DNA of 64,000 nt from Kofleriaceae bacterium (GTDB lineage Bacteria > Myxococcota_A > Polyangia > Haliangiales > Haliangiaceae). Under the pieces are notes generated by a model. That model was given only the letters and a program-made list of their open reading frames with translations, was not told the DNA's origin and made no database searches. The DNA lies in assembly GCA_965215005.1 (NCBI GenBank), contig CBDCCZ010000038.1, positions 132,458 through 196,457 on the forward strand, written 5' to 3'. Made by a program: the position numbers and the translations under genes. Positions 21,504-30,233 of this stretch are shown here, in pieces. Position 1 is the first letter of the stretch. Every line of letters begins with the position of its first letter.

Positions 21504-23423
21504 ATGCATAAGCTAGTCATCCAAGACGACGAGGGTAAGACCACCGTCGTGCCGCTCATCCGCGATGAGATCACCATCGGGCGGAAAGAGGGCAACACCA
21601 TTCGCCTCACGGAGCGGAATGTTTCGCGTAAGCATGCCCGCATCGTTCGCAGCGAAGGCGCGGTCTGCATCGAAGACCTGGAGAGCTACAACGGCGTGCG
21701 CGTAAACGGCTCGCGCATTCAGGGCCGCGTCGATCTTTCCGTCAGTGATCGGGTGCAGATCGGCGACTATCTCATTGAGATCAAGTCCGATGGCGCCGAA
21801 GCCGGCGTCGATCCGCACGGCGATCAAAAGACCCAACCAATCGAGCGCGTCGACCCGATGACGTTGCAGACGCCGAGCAGCAACGGCTCGGGGATGGCGG
21901 CGGCGGCATCTGCCGCGGTACCGGCGGTGGCGTCCGCGCCCAAGCCGGTCGCCAAAGCCGCGGCGCAAGCATTCGAAAAAACCGAGCCACAGCCGCGGTT
22001 GGCGCTCGCCGACACCGATCCCGGCGACGCCGCGCCGGCGGATCCTGAAGTCGAGCCAGCGGGCAATGCGCGGCTGGTAATTCTTTCCACCAACTTCGCT
22101 GGACGCGACTTCGAGCTCACCAAGTCGGCGATGGTCATTGGCCGCACCGACGAGAATGACATCGTCGTCAACCACCGCTCGATCTCGCGCCATCACGCCA
22201 AGGTCGTCCGCGAAAATGGCCGCTACGCCATCGTGGACCTGCAGTCGTCCAATGGCGTTCGGGTCAATGGCGAGGAATACGGCAAGGTCGAGCTGCGGCG
22301 CGGCGACGTGGTCGATCTCGGCCACGTGCGGCTGCGCTTCGTCGAAGCCGGCGAAGACTTCGTGTTCGGTCGTGATGCGCAGGCGGTGGATATCTCCGGC
22401 GGCGGTGGCGGCAAGCGGCTGTTGTGGGCGCTCATCGTGTTGCTGGTGGTCGGCGGCGCGGTAGGAGTCTTCGTCGTGAGCCGCGAGGGTCTAGACACCG
22501 GCGGTACCGTCGGTGACCCCACAGACGCTCCGGCTACCTCGGCAGGGGTGGGCGAGGAGCTCGATACGACGCCCGCGGCGACCGATCCGGCCGTCGTCGA
22601 GCCGCCGACACCGCAGCCCGAAGATTCGCAAGTGCGGGTGCTCCTCGATCAGGCGTTGGTGCTTCGAGACGCCGAATCGTGGCCCAAGGCCGAGGCAGCG
22701 GCCGGCGAGGTGCTCGCGATCGATCCAGATAATGAAGAAGCGACGCTGCTCAAGCAGCAAGCGGCGCGGGAAACCGCCAACGAGCAGCGCTTTACGGAGC
22801 TGCAGGCGGCGGTGAAAACCAAGCAGTTCATGCGCGTTGCCGAGCTGTTCGAAGCCATCGATCAAGACTCGGTGTATCGCGACCGGTCGCGCGACATGCA
22901 CGATCGCCTGCGCGATCAGTACGTGGCCAACACGCTCGTGCAGGCGAAGCGATTGGTCCGGGCCAAGAAGTGCCGCGAGCTGGCGCAGATGGCGGAGCGC
23001 GCCGGTGCGGTATGGGCAGAAGCGGGGCAGGCGGTGGGAATCGAGGTCGAGGCGTGCCGTGCTGCCGAGGCGCCGCCGGTGCCGCGTCCGCCGCGTCCTC
23101 CGCCGCCGGAACCAGCGCCGGTGGATGAGCCGGTCGACGAGCCAACGGATATCGACGATGGGACCGGCGGAAAGTCGGCCTTGCAGCTCATTGCCGAAGC
23201 CGAGCAAGCGGCCAAGGTCGGTCAGTTCGGGCGCGCGTTGCGACTGTGCGAGGATGCCCTGCGCAAGCAGCGCGGGCATCAGCAGGCGGTGATGGTGTGC
23301 GCCATTGCTGCCTGTAACCTCAAGAATCTCACCAAAGCCAAGCAGTACTACAACCAGATCCAAGCCTCGTCGCGAAAGAGCATGGCGCGGCAGATCTGTC
23401 TGCGAAACAGCGTCAAGCTCTAG
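21504..23423 (+). CDS. Double-FHA, single-TM protein with TPR-like periplasmic region
   Basis: Two FHA cores (IGR..VSRKHA..SYNG; IGR..ISRHHA..SSNG), TM LLWALIVLLVV; TTGACA-18-TAGCCT promoter at 21437-21466. Confidence 0.85.
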   Translation: MHKLVIQDDEGKTTVVPLIRDEITIGRKEGNTIRLTERNVSRKHARIVRSEGAVCIEDLESYNGVRVNGSRIQGRVDLSVSDRVQIGDYLIEIKSDGAEAGVDPHGDQKTQPIERVDPMTLQTPSSNGSGMAAAASAAVPAVASAPKPVAKAAAQAFEKTEPQPRLALADTDPGDAAPADPEVEPAGNARLVILSTNFAGRDFELTKSAMVIGRTDENDIVVNHRSISRHHAKVVRENGRYAIVDLQSSNGVRVNGEEYGKVELRRGDVVDLGHVRLRFVEAGEDFVFGRDAQAVDISGGGGGKRLLWALIVLLVVGGAVGVFVVSREGLDTGGTVGDPTDAPATSAGVGEELDTTPAATDPAVVEPPTPQPEDSQVRVLLDQALVLRDAESWPKAEAAAGEVLAIDPDNEEATLLKQQAARETANEQRFTELQAAVKTKQFMRVAELFEAIDQDSVYRDRSRDMHDRLRDQYVANTLVQAKRLVRAKKCRELAQMAERAGAVWAEAGQAVGIEVEACRAAEAPPVPRPPRPPPPEPAPVDEPVDEPTDIDDGTGGKSALQLIAEAEQAAKVGQFGRALRLCEDALRKQRGHQQAVMVCAIAACNLKNLTKAKQYYNQIQASSRKSMARQICLRNSVKL

Positions 23424-23589
23424 GCGCAGCTCTACGAACTTGCCGCTCCTGGGCCGGCTCGAGGCGCGGTGTCTGAGCGATGTAAATGCGCCCAGAAATT
23501 GACGTTTCTGGCGGTTTCGTAGTAACAGAGAGTCTCGCGCTCGGGCCAGGCTGGCCTCGTTTGCGCGGCTCGTTAGCTTCGGAGGGGAC

Positions 23590-25446
23590 ATGCGCGTGCG
23601 CTCATTGGTCATCGCCTGCCTAGCCATCGCCGCGGTCTGCGTCAGCGCGCCGGTCCATGCGCAAGATGGCGCCAACATCGATCTCAATGCGTTCCGCCCG
23701 GCGATGGACTCGCGCGGCTACATCACCGTAAACGCCTCGCAGACGTTGGGCAGCGGCGACTTGTCGTTTGGCCTGGTGAGCAACTGGGGACACAAGGTCC
23801 TCGAGCTCGAGAACGGCGATAACGAATTCATCGTCTCCGATGTTTTCACTCCTACGTTGGTGGGAGCGGTGGGTTTGAAGTTGGGGCTCGATTTCGAGCT
23901 CGGCATATCGGTGCCGTTCAACTTGGTGTTTGGCGATCGCGAACCCGACTTCGACGGCGGGACGGCGGGTCCTAACGCTGCCCGCAACTTCAAGTTCGAA
24001 GGCCAGGGCGTCGGTGATATCGGCCTGCACCTCAAGACCCGCTTTGCCAGTGCCTCCACAAGCCCGCTCGGCATCGCCGTCATCGGCTCGGTGTATCTGC
24101 CAACCGCCACCTCCGAAGACGAGTGGCTCGGCAACGCCGGCGTGGTTCCGCAGGTCATCGGCGTTCTCGACAAAGAAATCGGTCGCCAGGCCAAGCTCAA
24201 GGTGGCGCTCAACGGCGGCGTTCGGCTGCGCCTCGAAGAGGTGGTCTTCGTTGACGACCGCACCGATGCACCGTCGACGGGCGAGCGGGTCGAGGCGCCT
24301 TCGCTCACCATTCCGGTCGGTCTCGGCATCGCCTACGCGATCAAGCCGCAGGTTTTCGACGTGGTCGGCGAGGTTTTCGGCGCCATCCCTACCGACGGTG
24401 AAAACTACTTTCCCCTCGAAGCCATCGCCGGCATCAAGGTGTACTTGGCGCGCAACTCGTTCCTTAGCCTCGGTGGTGGCCTGGGTCTGATTCCAGAGGG
24501 AGAAGCCGGCGCCAACCCCGACTTTCGCGCCTTCTTGGGCATCGTCTTCGAGCCCAACGTCGCTGATCGCGATGGCGACGGCATTCCCGATAACGAAGAT
24601 CGCTGTCCCGACGACCCGGAAGATTACGACGACTTCGAAGATGCCGATGGCTGCCCCGACCCCGACAATGATGGCGACGGCATCCTCGATGTCGACGATC
24701 GCTGCCCCAACGAGCCAGAGGACATGGACGGCGACGAAGACGAAGACGGTTGCCCCGAGGGCGATGCCAATGACCGCGACGGTGACGGCATCCTCGATGA
24801 TGAAGATCAGTGTCCCGACGACCCCGAAGATCTCGATGGCTTCGAGGACGAAGACGGCTGCCCCGATCCCGACAACGACGGCGATGGCATCCTGGACGTC
24901 GACGACTTATGCCCCGACGATCCCGAGGACTTCGACAAGTGGGAAGATGAAGACGGCTGTCCCGACCCCGACAACGATCGCGATCGCATCCTCGATGTGG
25001 ATGATCAATGTCCCAACGAGCCAGAAACCTACAATGGCGTCGAAGATGAAGACGGCTGCCCCGATCGCGGCCGGGTGGTCGTAACCGACACCAAGATCGA
25101 AATCCTCGACAAGATCTACTTCGAGTACAACAGCGCGGTCATCAAGCGGCAGTCGTATCCAATCCTCGACGCGGTGGCTGCAACGCTTCAGGGCAATCCA
25201 GATATCAAGCTGGTCGAGATTCAAGGGCATACCGATTCACGTGGCTCGGATTCCTACAATCTCAAGCTCTCTGACGAGCGAGCCAAATCAGTGCGCCAGT
25301 ACCTCATCGACCAGGGCATCAAGGGCAATCGTTTGCAGGCCCAGGGCTACGGCGAGACGCAGCCTATCGATCCGCGCTCCAACGAGGCCGCTTGGGCCAA
25401 GAACCGGCGCGTGGAGTTCCTAATCGTCAAACGCGCCAACGATTAG
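23590..25446 (+). CDS. Outer-membrane beta-barrel plus thrombospondin type-3 repeats plus OmpA domain (TraB-like architecture)
   Basis: Signal peptide, repeated DxDGDGIxDxxDxCP units, IQGHTD and NRRVEF OmpA motifs. Confidence 0.9.
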   Translation: MRVRSLVIACLAIAAVCVSAPVHAQDGANIDLNAFRPAMDSRGYITVNASQTLGSGDLSFGLVSNWGHKVLELENGDNEFIVSDVFTPTLVGAVGLKLGLDFELGISVPFNLVFGDREPDFDGGTAGPNAARNFKFEGQGVGDIGLHLKTRFASASTSPLGIAVIGSVYLPTATSEDEWLGNAGVVPQVIGVLDKEIGRQAKLKVALNGGVRLRLEEVVFVDDRTDAPSTGERVEAPSLTIPVGLGIAYAIKPQVFDVVGEVFGAIPTDGENYFPLEAIAGIKVYLARNSFLSLGGGLGLIPEGEAGANPDFRAFLGIVFEPNVADRDGDGIPDNEDRCPDDPEDYDDFEDADGCPDPDNDGDGILDVDDRCPNEPEDMDGDEDEDGCPEGDANDRDGDGILDDEDQCPDDPEDLDGFEDEDGCPDPDNDGDGILDVDDLCPDDPEDFDKWEDEDGCPDPDNDRDRILDVDDQCPNEPETYNGVEDEDGCPDRGRVVVTDTKIEILDKIYFEYNSAVIKRQSYPILDAVAATLQGNPDIKLVEIQGHTDSRGSDSYNLKLSDERAKSVRQYLIDQGIKGNRLQAQGYGETQPIDPRSNEAAWAKNRRVEFLIVKRAND

Positions 25447-25588
25447 CTCGCCGCCGCGGGAGTCATAGCTCGGAAATCCGCCGCTCCGTTGCCGGGGCAA
25501 GGGCGGCAGATTTCCGCTATGCGAGGCCCCGTCGAGGGTTCCGCTCGCAAGGGCTGGCAGCCGTGGGCGGAGGGCGTAGGGTAGGGGG

Positions 25589-25804
25589 ATGCGCTTTCCA
25601 CTAACGGCCGCCCTTCTCGATGAGGCCGCGCGCTACAGCCTGCGGTCGAGTTGTCAGCACTGCTTCTATTACGTCGCAAGCGAGTCGCGTTGCGCCCATG
25701 GCTGGCCCGACGAAGGCCAGCGGCGATGGCCGCTCGATGCTCCTGACCCAGATGGCACGGTTCCCAGCGACGCCAAGTTCTGTAAAGAATTTGAGCTAGC
25801 GTGA
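25589..25804 (+). CDS. Small Cys-rich hypothetical protein
   Basis: CQHC..CAHG..FCKEFELA; G-rich RBS upstream. Confidence 0.6.
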   Translation: MRFPLTAALLDEAARYSLRSSCQHCFYYVASESRCAHGWPDEGQRRWPLDAPDPDGTVPSDAKFCKEFELA

Positions 25805-25988
25805 GCCTGGCCGCGGCGCTGTGAGCTCTTGCATGCGCGGCGACAGCGGTGAGCCATCAGCAACCTCGAAGTGCCCAGAACCCGCGCAAAGGGCGTTGAG
25901 AAGCAGTTGCAGGGCCGCCCTGGCCCGGTCGCCGACCGCCGATAACCGGTCACGACTCACGCGGCGTCCGTGTTAGGTTCGACTCTGC

Positions 25989-26240
25989 ATGGGCCTATTT
26001 CGGCTGCTCTTTTGGCTCGCGATTTTCGCCGTGTTGATCTGGCTTGGCGCCACGGTCGAGCTCGGCCGCAAGACCTTCTTTGAGCATGTGCGAGCGGTGT
26101 GGGCCACCGATGAGGCGCGTGAGATGGTCGAGGGCGTCAAAGAGACCGCTGACCCGGTGAGTAAGCGCGTCCGTCGCGGTGCCGAGGCGGGCTGGGAGGC
26201 GGCCACCACCGACGGCGGCGCGTTGGACGCCGCTCCGTGA
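25989..26240 (+). CDS. Small membrane protein
   Basis: N-terminal TM helix; stop overlaps psuG start (GTGA). Confidence 0.65.
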   Translation: MGLFRLLFWLAIFAVLIWLGATVELGRKTFFEHVRAVWATDEAREMVEGVKETADPVSKRVRRGAEAGWEAATTDGGALDAAP

Positions 26241-27154
26241 ACGCGGCCATCGAAGTCGCCCCGCAGGTGCGCGAGGCGCTTGGCAGCGGCGCCGTCGTCG
26301 CGTTGGAGTCGACCATCATCGCTCATGGTTTGCCGTACCCGGCCAACCTCGAGGTTGCTAGCGCTCTCGAAGCGGCGGTGCGAGACGCCGGAGCGGTGCC
26401 TGCCACCATTGCCGTGGTCGCGGGCAAGATTCGCGTCGGGTTGCCGGAGACCGCGCTCGAGCAGCTGGCGCGCCACGGCGAGCGCTTCGTCAAGTGCGGT
26501 GCCGCCGACCTCGCACCGGTCTTGGCGCGCGGCGGCGATGGCGCGACCACAGTGAGCGCGACCGCCGTCGTGGCGGCACGAGTGGGCATTCGCTTATTCG
26601 CGACCGGAGGCATCGGTGGAGTTCATCGCGGCGACGCAGGCGACGTCTCGAGCGACTTATCTACCTTGGCGAGGGTGCCGGTCGCCGTGGTTTCCGCCGG
26701 CGCCAAGGCGATTCTCGATGTGCCACGTACCGCCGAGATGCTGGAGTCGCTCGGCGTGTTGCTGCTGGGCTACCGAACCGACGAGCTTCCTGCCTTCTAC
26801 AGTCGGCGCTCCGGGGTCATGCTGGAGCACCGGGTCGACGATCCGGCGGCAGCGGCGGCGATGCTGTCGCTTCGCTGGGATGCGCTGGGGCAGGGCGGGG
26901 TGCTGCTCGCCAATCCGATTCCGGCGGCGGCGGCGCTCGATGCGGCGCTCATCGAGAGTGCTATCGATGACGCGCTGAGAGCGGCAGCGGCCGCTTCCGT
27001 GCGCGGCAAGGCGCTCACGCCGTTTTTGTTGCAGCGCCTGGCCGCTGCGACGCGCGGGGAGGCGGTGGCGGCCAATCGCGCGCTGGCCGTGCACAACGCC
27101 GAGGTCGCTGGGACCGTGGCGTGTGCATACGCGGCGCTGCGCCGCGCGGGATAG
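26237..27154 (+). CDS. psuG: Pseudouridine-5'-phosphate glycosidase
   Basis: VALESTIIAHG, ATTVSAT, FATGGIGGVHR, GKALTPFLL. Confidence 0.95.
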   Translation: MNAAIEVAPQVREALGSGAVVALESTIIAHGLPYPANLEVASALEAAVRDAGAVPATIAVVAGKIRVGLPETALEQLARHGERFVKCGAADLAPVLARGGDGATTVSATAVVAARVGIRLFATGGIGGVHRGDAGDVSSDLSTLARVPVAVVSAGAKAILDVPRTAEMLESLGVLLLGYRTDELPAFYSRRSGVMLEHRVDDPAAAAAMLSLRWDALGQGGVLLANPIPAAAALDAALIESAIDDALRAAAAASVRGKALTPFLLQRLAAATRGEAVAANRALAVHNAEVAGTVACAYAALRRAG

Positions 27155-27200
27155 CGAATCGGAAGGGGCTGCGCTTGCTGCGCGGCTTCGTGAGCGCGGG

Positions 27201-27728
27201 TCAGGGTGGCGTCGGCCCCGCGTCGGCCCGCTCCACCGCGACCCGCTGCAGCCTGCCGTGAACGATGCCGCTCGTCGTCGGCACGAAGCGATAGCGCGCC
27301 ATGGCATGTCCGGGCAGCACGAACGTGAACTCGCGCGCTTCGGCGCTTTGCTCGCCTTCCCAATACGCGGGGGTCCGGCCGATGATTTCGCCGTCGACCG
27401 CGGCAGTCGCGCCCGTTGGGCTCGAACGGAGCGTGAGCGCAATCGTTCGCCGTTGCCGGCGCGGCGGCGGGCGCAGCGGCGCGATCGGCGCGCGATATTC
27501 GAACTCCACTTCATCTAGATGGAAGCCTTCCGGGAGCTCAGCGCCAAGCGGCAGGGCGGGCGCAAGCGCACTCGTCGGCACGCCAGCGTCTGCCGGCGCG
27601 GCGACCTCCGCGCGCGCCGGTCGTGCTTCCTCGGCCGGCACAGCGCGCGTCTCGGGCCGCTCCTCGCTGCAGCTCGCAACGAGCGCCGCGAGGATCAGCA
27701 GCCACGCCCGGTGGCAATCGCCTGGCAT
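27201..27728 (-). CDS. PEGA-like domain lipoprotein
   Basis: Lipobox-like LVASC; LRSSPTGATAAVDGEIIGRTP. Confidence 0.7.
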   Translation of the reverse strand: MPGDCHRAWLLILAALVASCSEERPETRAVPAEEARPARAEVAAPADAGVPTSALAPALPLGAELPEGFHLDEVEFEYRAPIAPLRPPPRRQRRTIALTLRSSPTGATAAVDGEIIGRTPAYWEGEQSAEAREFTFVLPGHAMARYRFVPTTSGIVHGRLQRVAVERADAGPTPP

Positions 27729-27929
27729 CAGCGAAGGCTAAAGGAACAACGCCCGCTGCGCTAGCAGTCGCCTGGCTTAGAAAGCGCGACCGGGTTTGCG
27801 GCTCGCGCGAGCAGGCGGGCGCGCTGCAGCTGTCAGCGCACTGAGTCATGGAGCTCTCCTCGCGAATCTAGGTCCAGTCGTCTCTCGGGCGGCATGAGCT
27901 CGGGCGGCATGAGCTTGGGCGCTTCGGCT

Positions 27930-28031
27930 GTCCGGCTCGCCGGACCTTCGTCCGGTGAGTCGGACGATTCGTCCGAAGCTCGGCCACCGTAGCTGCGAAA
28001 TCAACGGGTTGGCGAAGGCACGAGCTTCGCA
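27930..28031 (+). promoter_or_regulatory. Sigma54 promoter of comM: three palindromic UAS, IHF site, -24/-12
   Basis: GTCCGGCTCGCCGGAC 27930, GTCCGGTGAGTCGGAC 27950, GTCCGAAGCTCGGCC 27971; AATCAACGGGTTG 27999-28011 (WATCAAN4TTR); AGGCACGAGCTTCGCA with GG 28017 and GC 28029. Confidence 0.75.
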
Positions 28032-28043
28032 AAGCCACCGCGG

Positions 28044-29627
28044 ATGCTTGGCAGCATCCCGTCGTGCTCGCTGTTTGGAATCGAGTCGCTTCCCGTCACC
28101 GTCGAGGTCGACGTGAGCGGCGGCCTCCCCGGCTATACAGTCGTAGGATTGCCCAATCCGGCGGTGCGCGAGGGAGCCGCTCGCGTGCGCGCGGCACTCG
28201 AGCGCATCGGCCAGGAGATGCCGCAAAGCAAGGTGACCGTCAACCTCGCCCCGGCCGACCGCCGCAAGGTCGGCGCGGCCTTCGACCTGCCGATTGCCAT
28301 CGGCATCCTCGTGGCCGATGGATTCGCGACCAGCGAGCTCATCGATGGATTGCTGCTTCTTGGCGAGCTCGGGCTCGATGGCGCGCTGCGACCGGTGCGC
28401 GGCGCCCTCTCGGCGGCGATTCTCGCGCGCCAGGCGGGGATGCGTGGAGTGCTGTTGCCGATGGCCTCGGCGCGCGAAGCGGCGGTCATCGACGACATCG
28501 AGGTCTACGGCGCCGAGCATCTAGGCGAAGTTGCCAGCGCCATGCTCGACGGGCGGCCTTTGGTACGAGTGCAGCCGTGCCCAAAACAAGCCGCGCCCCG
28601 AGCGGACATCGATCTAGCCGACGTGCGGGGCCAGGCGATGGCTCGAGCCGCCATGGAGGTTGCCGTGGCCGGTGGTCACAACCTGCTGCTCACCGGCCCT
28701 CCGGGCATCGGCAAGACCATGCTCGCGCGCTGCGTCCCGTCGATCTTGCCGCCAATGACCCGCGAAGAAATCCTCGAGGTGACCCAGATCTATTCGGCGC
28801 TCGGTCTCGGCGGCGGGCTGGTGATAGACCGGCCATTTCGCGCGCCCCATAGCTCGGTCAGCGCCGCTGCCTTGCTTGGTGGCGGCTCCATTCCGCGACC
28901 AGGTGAGATCTCGCTCGCACATCAAGGGGTGCTGTTTCTCGACGAGCTGCCCGAGTTTGCGCGGCCGGCGGTCGAGTCGTTGAGGCAGCCTCTGGAAGAC
29001 CGTCGCATCACGGTGGGGCGCGTGAGCGGCACCGTTACCTTGCCCGCATCCTTCCTGCTCGTCGCTTCTGCAAATCCCTGTCCCTGTGGCTATGCGGGCA
29101 GTCGCCAGCGCACCTGCGTGTGCAGCCCTACCGCCATCGAGCGCTACCGCTGCCGACTCAGCGGACCGCTGCTCGACCGCATCGACCTGCAGATCTTCGT
29201 GCGCAACGTCGAGCTCGCCGAGCTACGTTCTTCGGTCCCAGCCGAGTCTTCCGCGCAGGTCCGCGCACGGGTGTGCGACGCGCGAGACCGGCAGCGCCGG
29301 CGGCTCGCGCGTCATGGGGTTCGCACCAACGCTGAAATGACTGGAGGCATCATGAGGGCCACCTGCAGGCTCGATCATGGCGCCGAAGCGGTGCTCAAAG
29401 AGCTGAGCTGCGCGCGCCGCGGTATCAGCGCTCGCACGGTCGACCGACTGATCAAAGTCGCCCGCACGATTGCAGACTTGCTCGGGCAAGACGACATCGA
29501 TGGCGGCGCGCTGAGCGAAGCAGCGCAGTACCGCGCGCTCGAACGTGATCCCCTCGTAGATGGCCCGCGCCTCAGCCTGCCAACCCAGGTCGAGCACGAT
29601 AGCCCAGAGCTGAGAGCCGCAAAGTGA
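28044..29627 (+). CDS. comM: YifB/ComM Mg-chelatase-like AAA+ helicase
   Basis: VGLP..AVRE, VNLAPAD, GPPGIGKTM, PFRAPH, LFLDELPEF, NPCPCGY, LSGPLLDRIDL. Confidence 0.95.
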   Translation: MLGSIPSCSLFGIESLPVTVEVDVSGGLPGYTVVGLPNPAVREGAARVRAALERIGQEMPQSKVTVNLAPADRRKVGAAFDLPIAIGILVADGFATSELIDGLLLLGELGLDGALRPVRGALSAAILARQAGMRGVLLPMASAREAAVIDDIEVYGAEHLGEVASAMLDGRPLVRVQPCPKQAAPRADIDLADVRGQAMARAAMEVAVAGGHNLLLTGPPGIGKTMLARCVPSILPPMTREEILEVTQIYSALGLGGGLVIDRPFRAPHSSVSAAALLGGGSIPRPGEISLAHQGVLFLDELPEFARPAVESLRQPLEDRRITVGRVSGTVTLPASFLLVASANPCPCGYAGSRQRTCVCSPTAIERYRCRLSGPLLDRIDLQIFVRNVELAELRSSVPAESSAQVRARVCDARDRQRRRLARHGVRTNAEMTGGIMRATCRLDHGAEAVLKELSCARRGISARTVDRLIKVARTIADLLGQDDIDGGALSEAAQYRALERDPLVDGPRLSLPTQVEHDSPELRAAK

Positions 29628-29675
29628 GGTGTAGTAGCGAGCGACGAAGCACGATGCCGTTGCCCCAGCGACTTC

Positions 29676-29894
29676 CTACGTAGTCCCGCGGCCGGATCCG
29701 CGAGCCGCGGAATCATTGCAGTTCATGGCGCGAGTGCGCTGGAGCAGCGCAAGTGCCAACTCATCGAGGTCAATGGTGTATTTGCCAGCTGCGAGCAGTC
29801 GCTGCACGCGACGCGCTGCAGGCGACAACATCTCGAAAGGTGGAGGTGGAGCAGTCATCTCACGTCCTCCGACACTTGGCGTTGACTCAGCCAT
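29676..29894 (-). CDS. Small protein with FlgM-like C-terminal motif
   Basis: RVQRLLAAGKYTIDLDELALAL resembles the FlgM sigma-binding helix pair. Confidence 0.4.
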   Translation of the reverse strand: MAESTPSVGGREMTAPPPPFEMLSPAARRVQRLLAAGKYTIDLDELALALLQRTRAMNCNDSAARGSGRGTT

Positions 29895-30233
29895 GTTTTC
29901 ACCATGCGAGGGTGAAAATCGGATCGAATACGGAAAACCTTGATACGCCGCGCGCTCGTTTCGGCGTTAGGGCCGCTCCCTGGCCACCGATGATGCGGTT
30001 GTCGGCTGTTCCAGTGCGGGCAAGGGCGGCCGCCACCCGCTGCGCAACGCCCCTACACAGGCTCTACGGCGATATTCGCTGCTTATAGTGTAGTTGTGGG
30101 CTCACGCCGTAAATCGCTGCGAGTACACGCTAGAAGCTGATACACTGGAAAGGCGCGAGCAGCGTCTCATTCGAGATGTAGCTCGGACCTTCGCACAAGA
30201 GTCTCGTCGCCTCCGGGCAGTAACAGGAGCAAC

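Noticed and set aside
24560..25070. DNA-level tandem repeats as a separate element
   Set aside because: Fully explained by coding TSP3 repeats.
25970..25990. tRNA T-loop-like GGTTCGACTC
   Set aside because: No cloverleaf stems; lies immediately before a CDS start.
27884..27921. 15-bp direct repeat CTCGGGCGGCATGAG x2 upstream of the comM enhancer
   Set aside because: No counterpart at recA; likely slippage duplication.
29900..30230. Riboswitch or sRNA in the long intergenic gap
   Set aside because: No recognisable conserved RNA motif by eye; would need an Infernal/Rfam scan.
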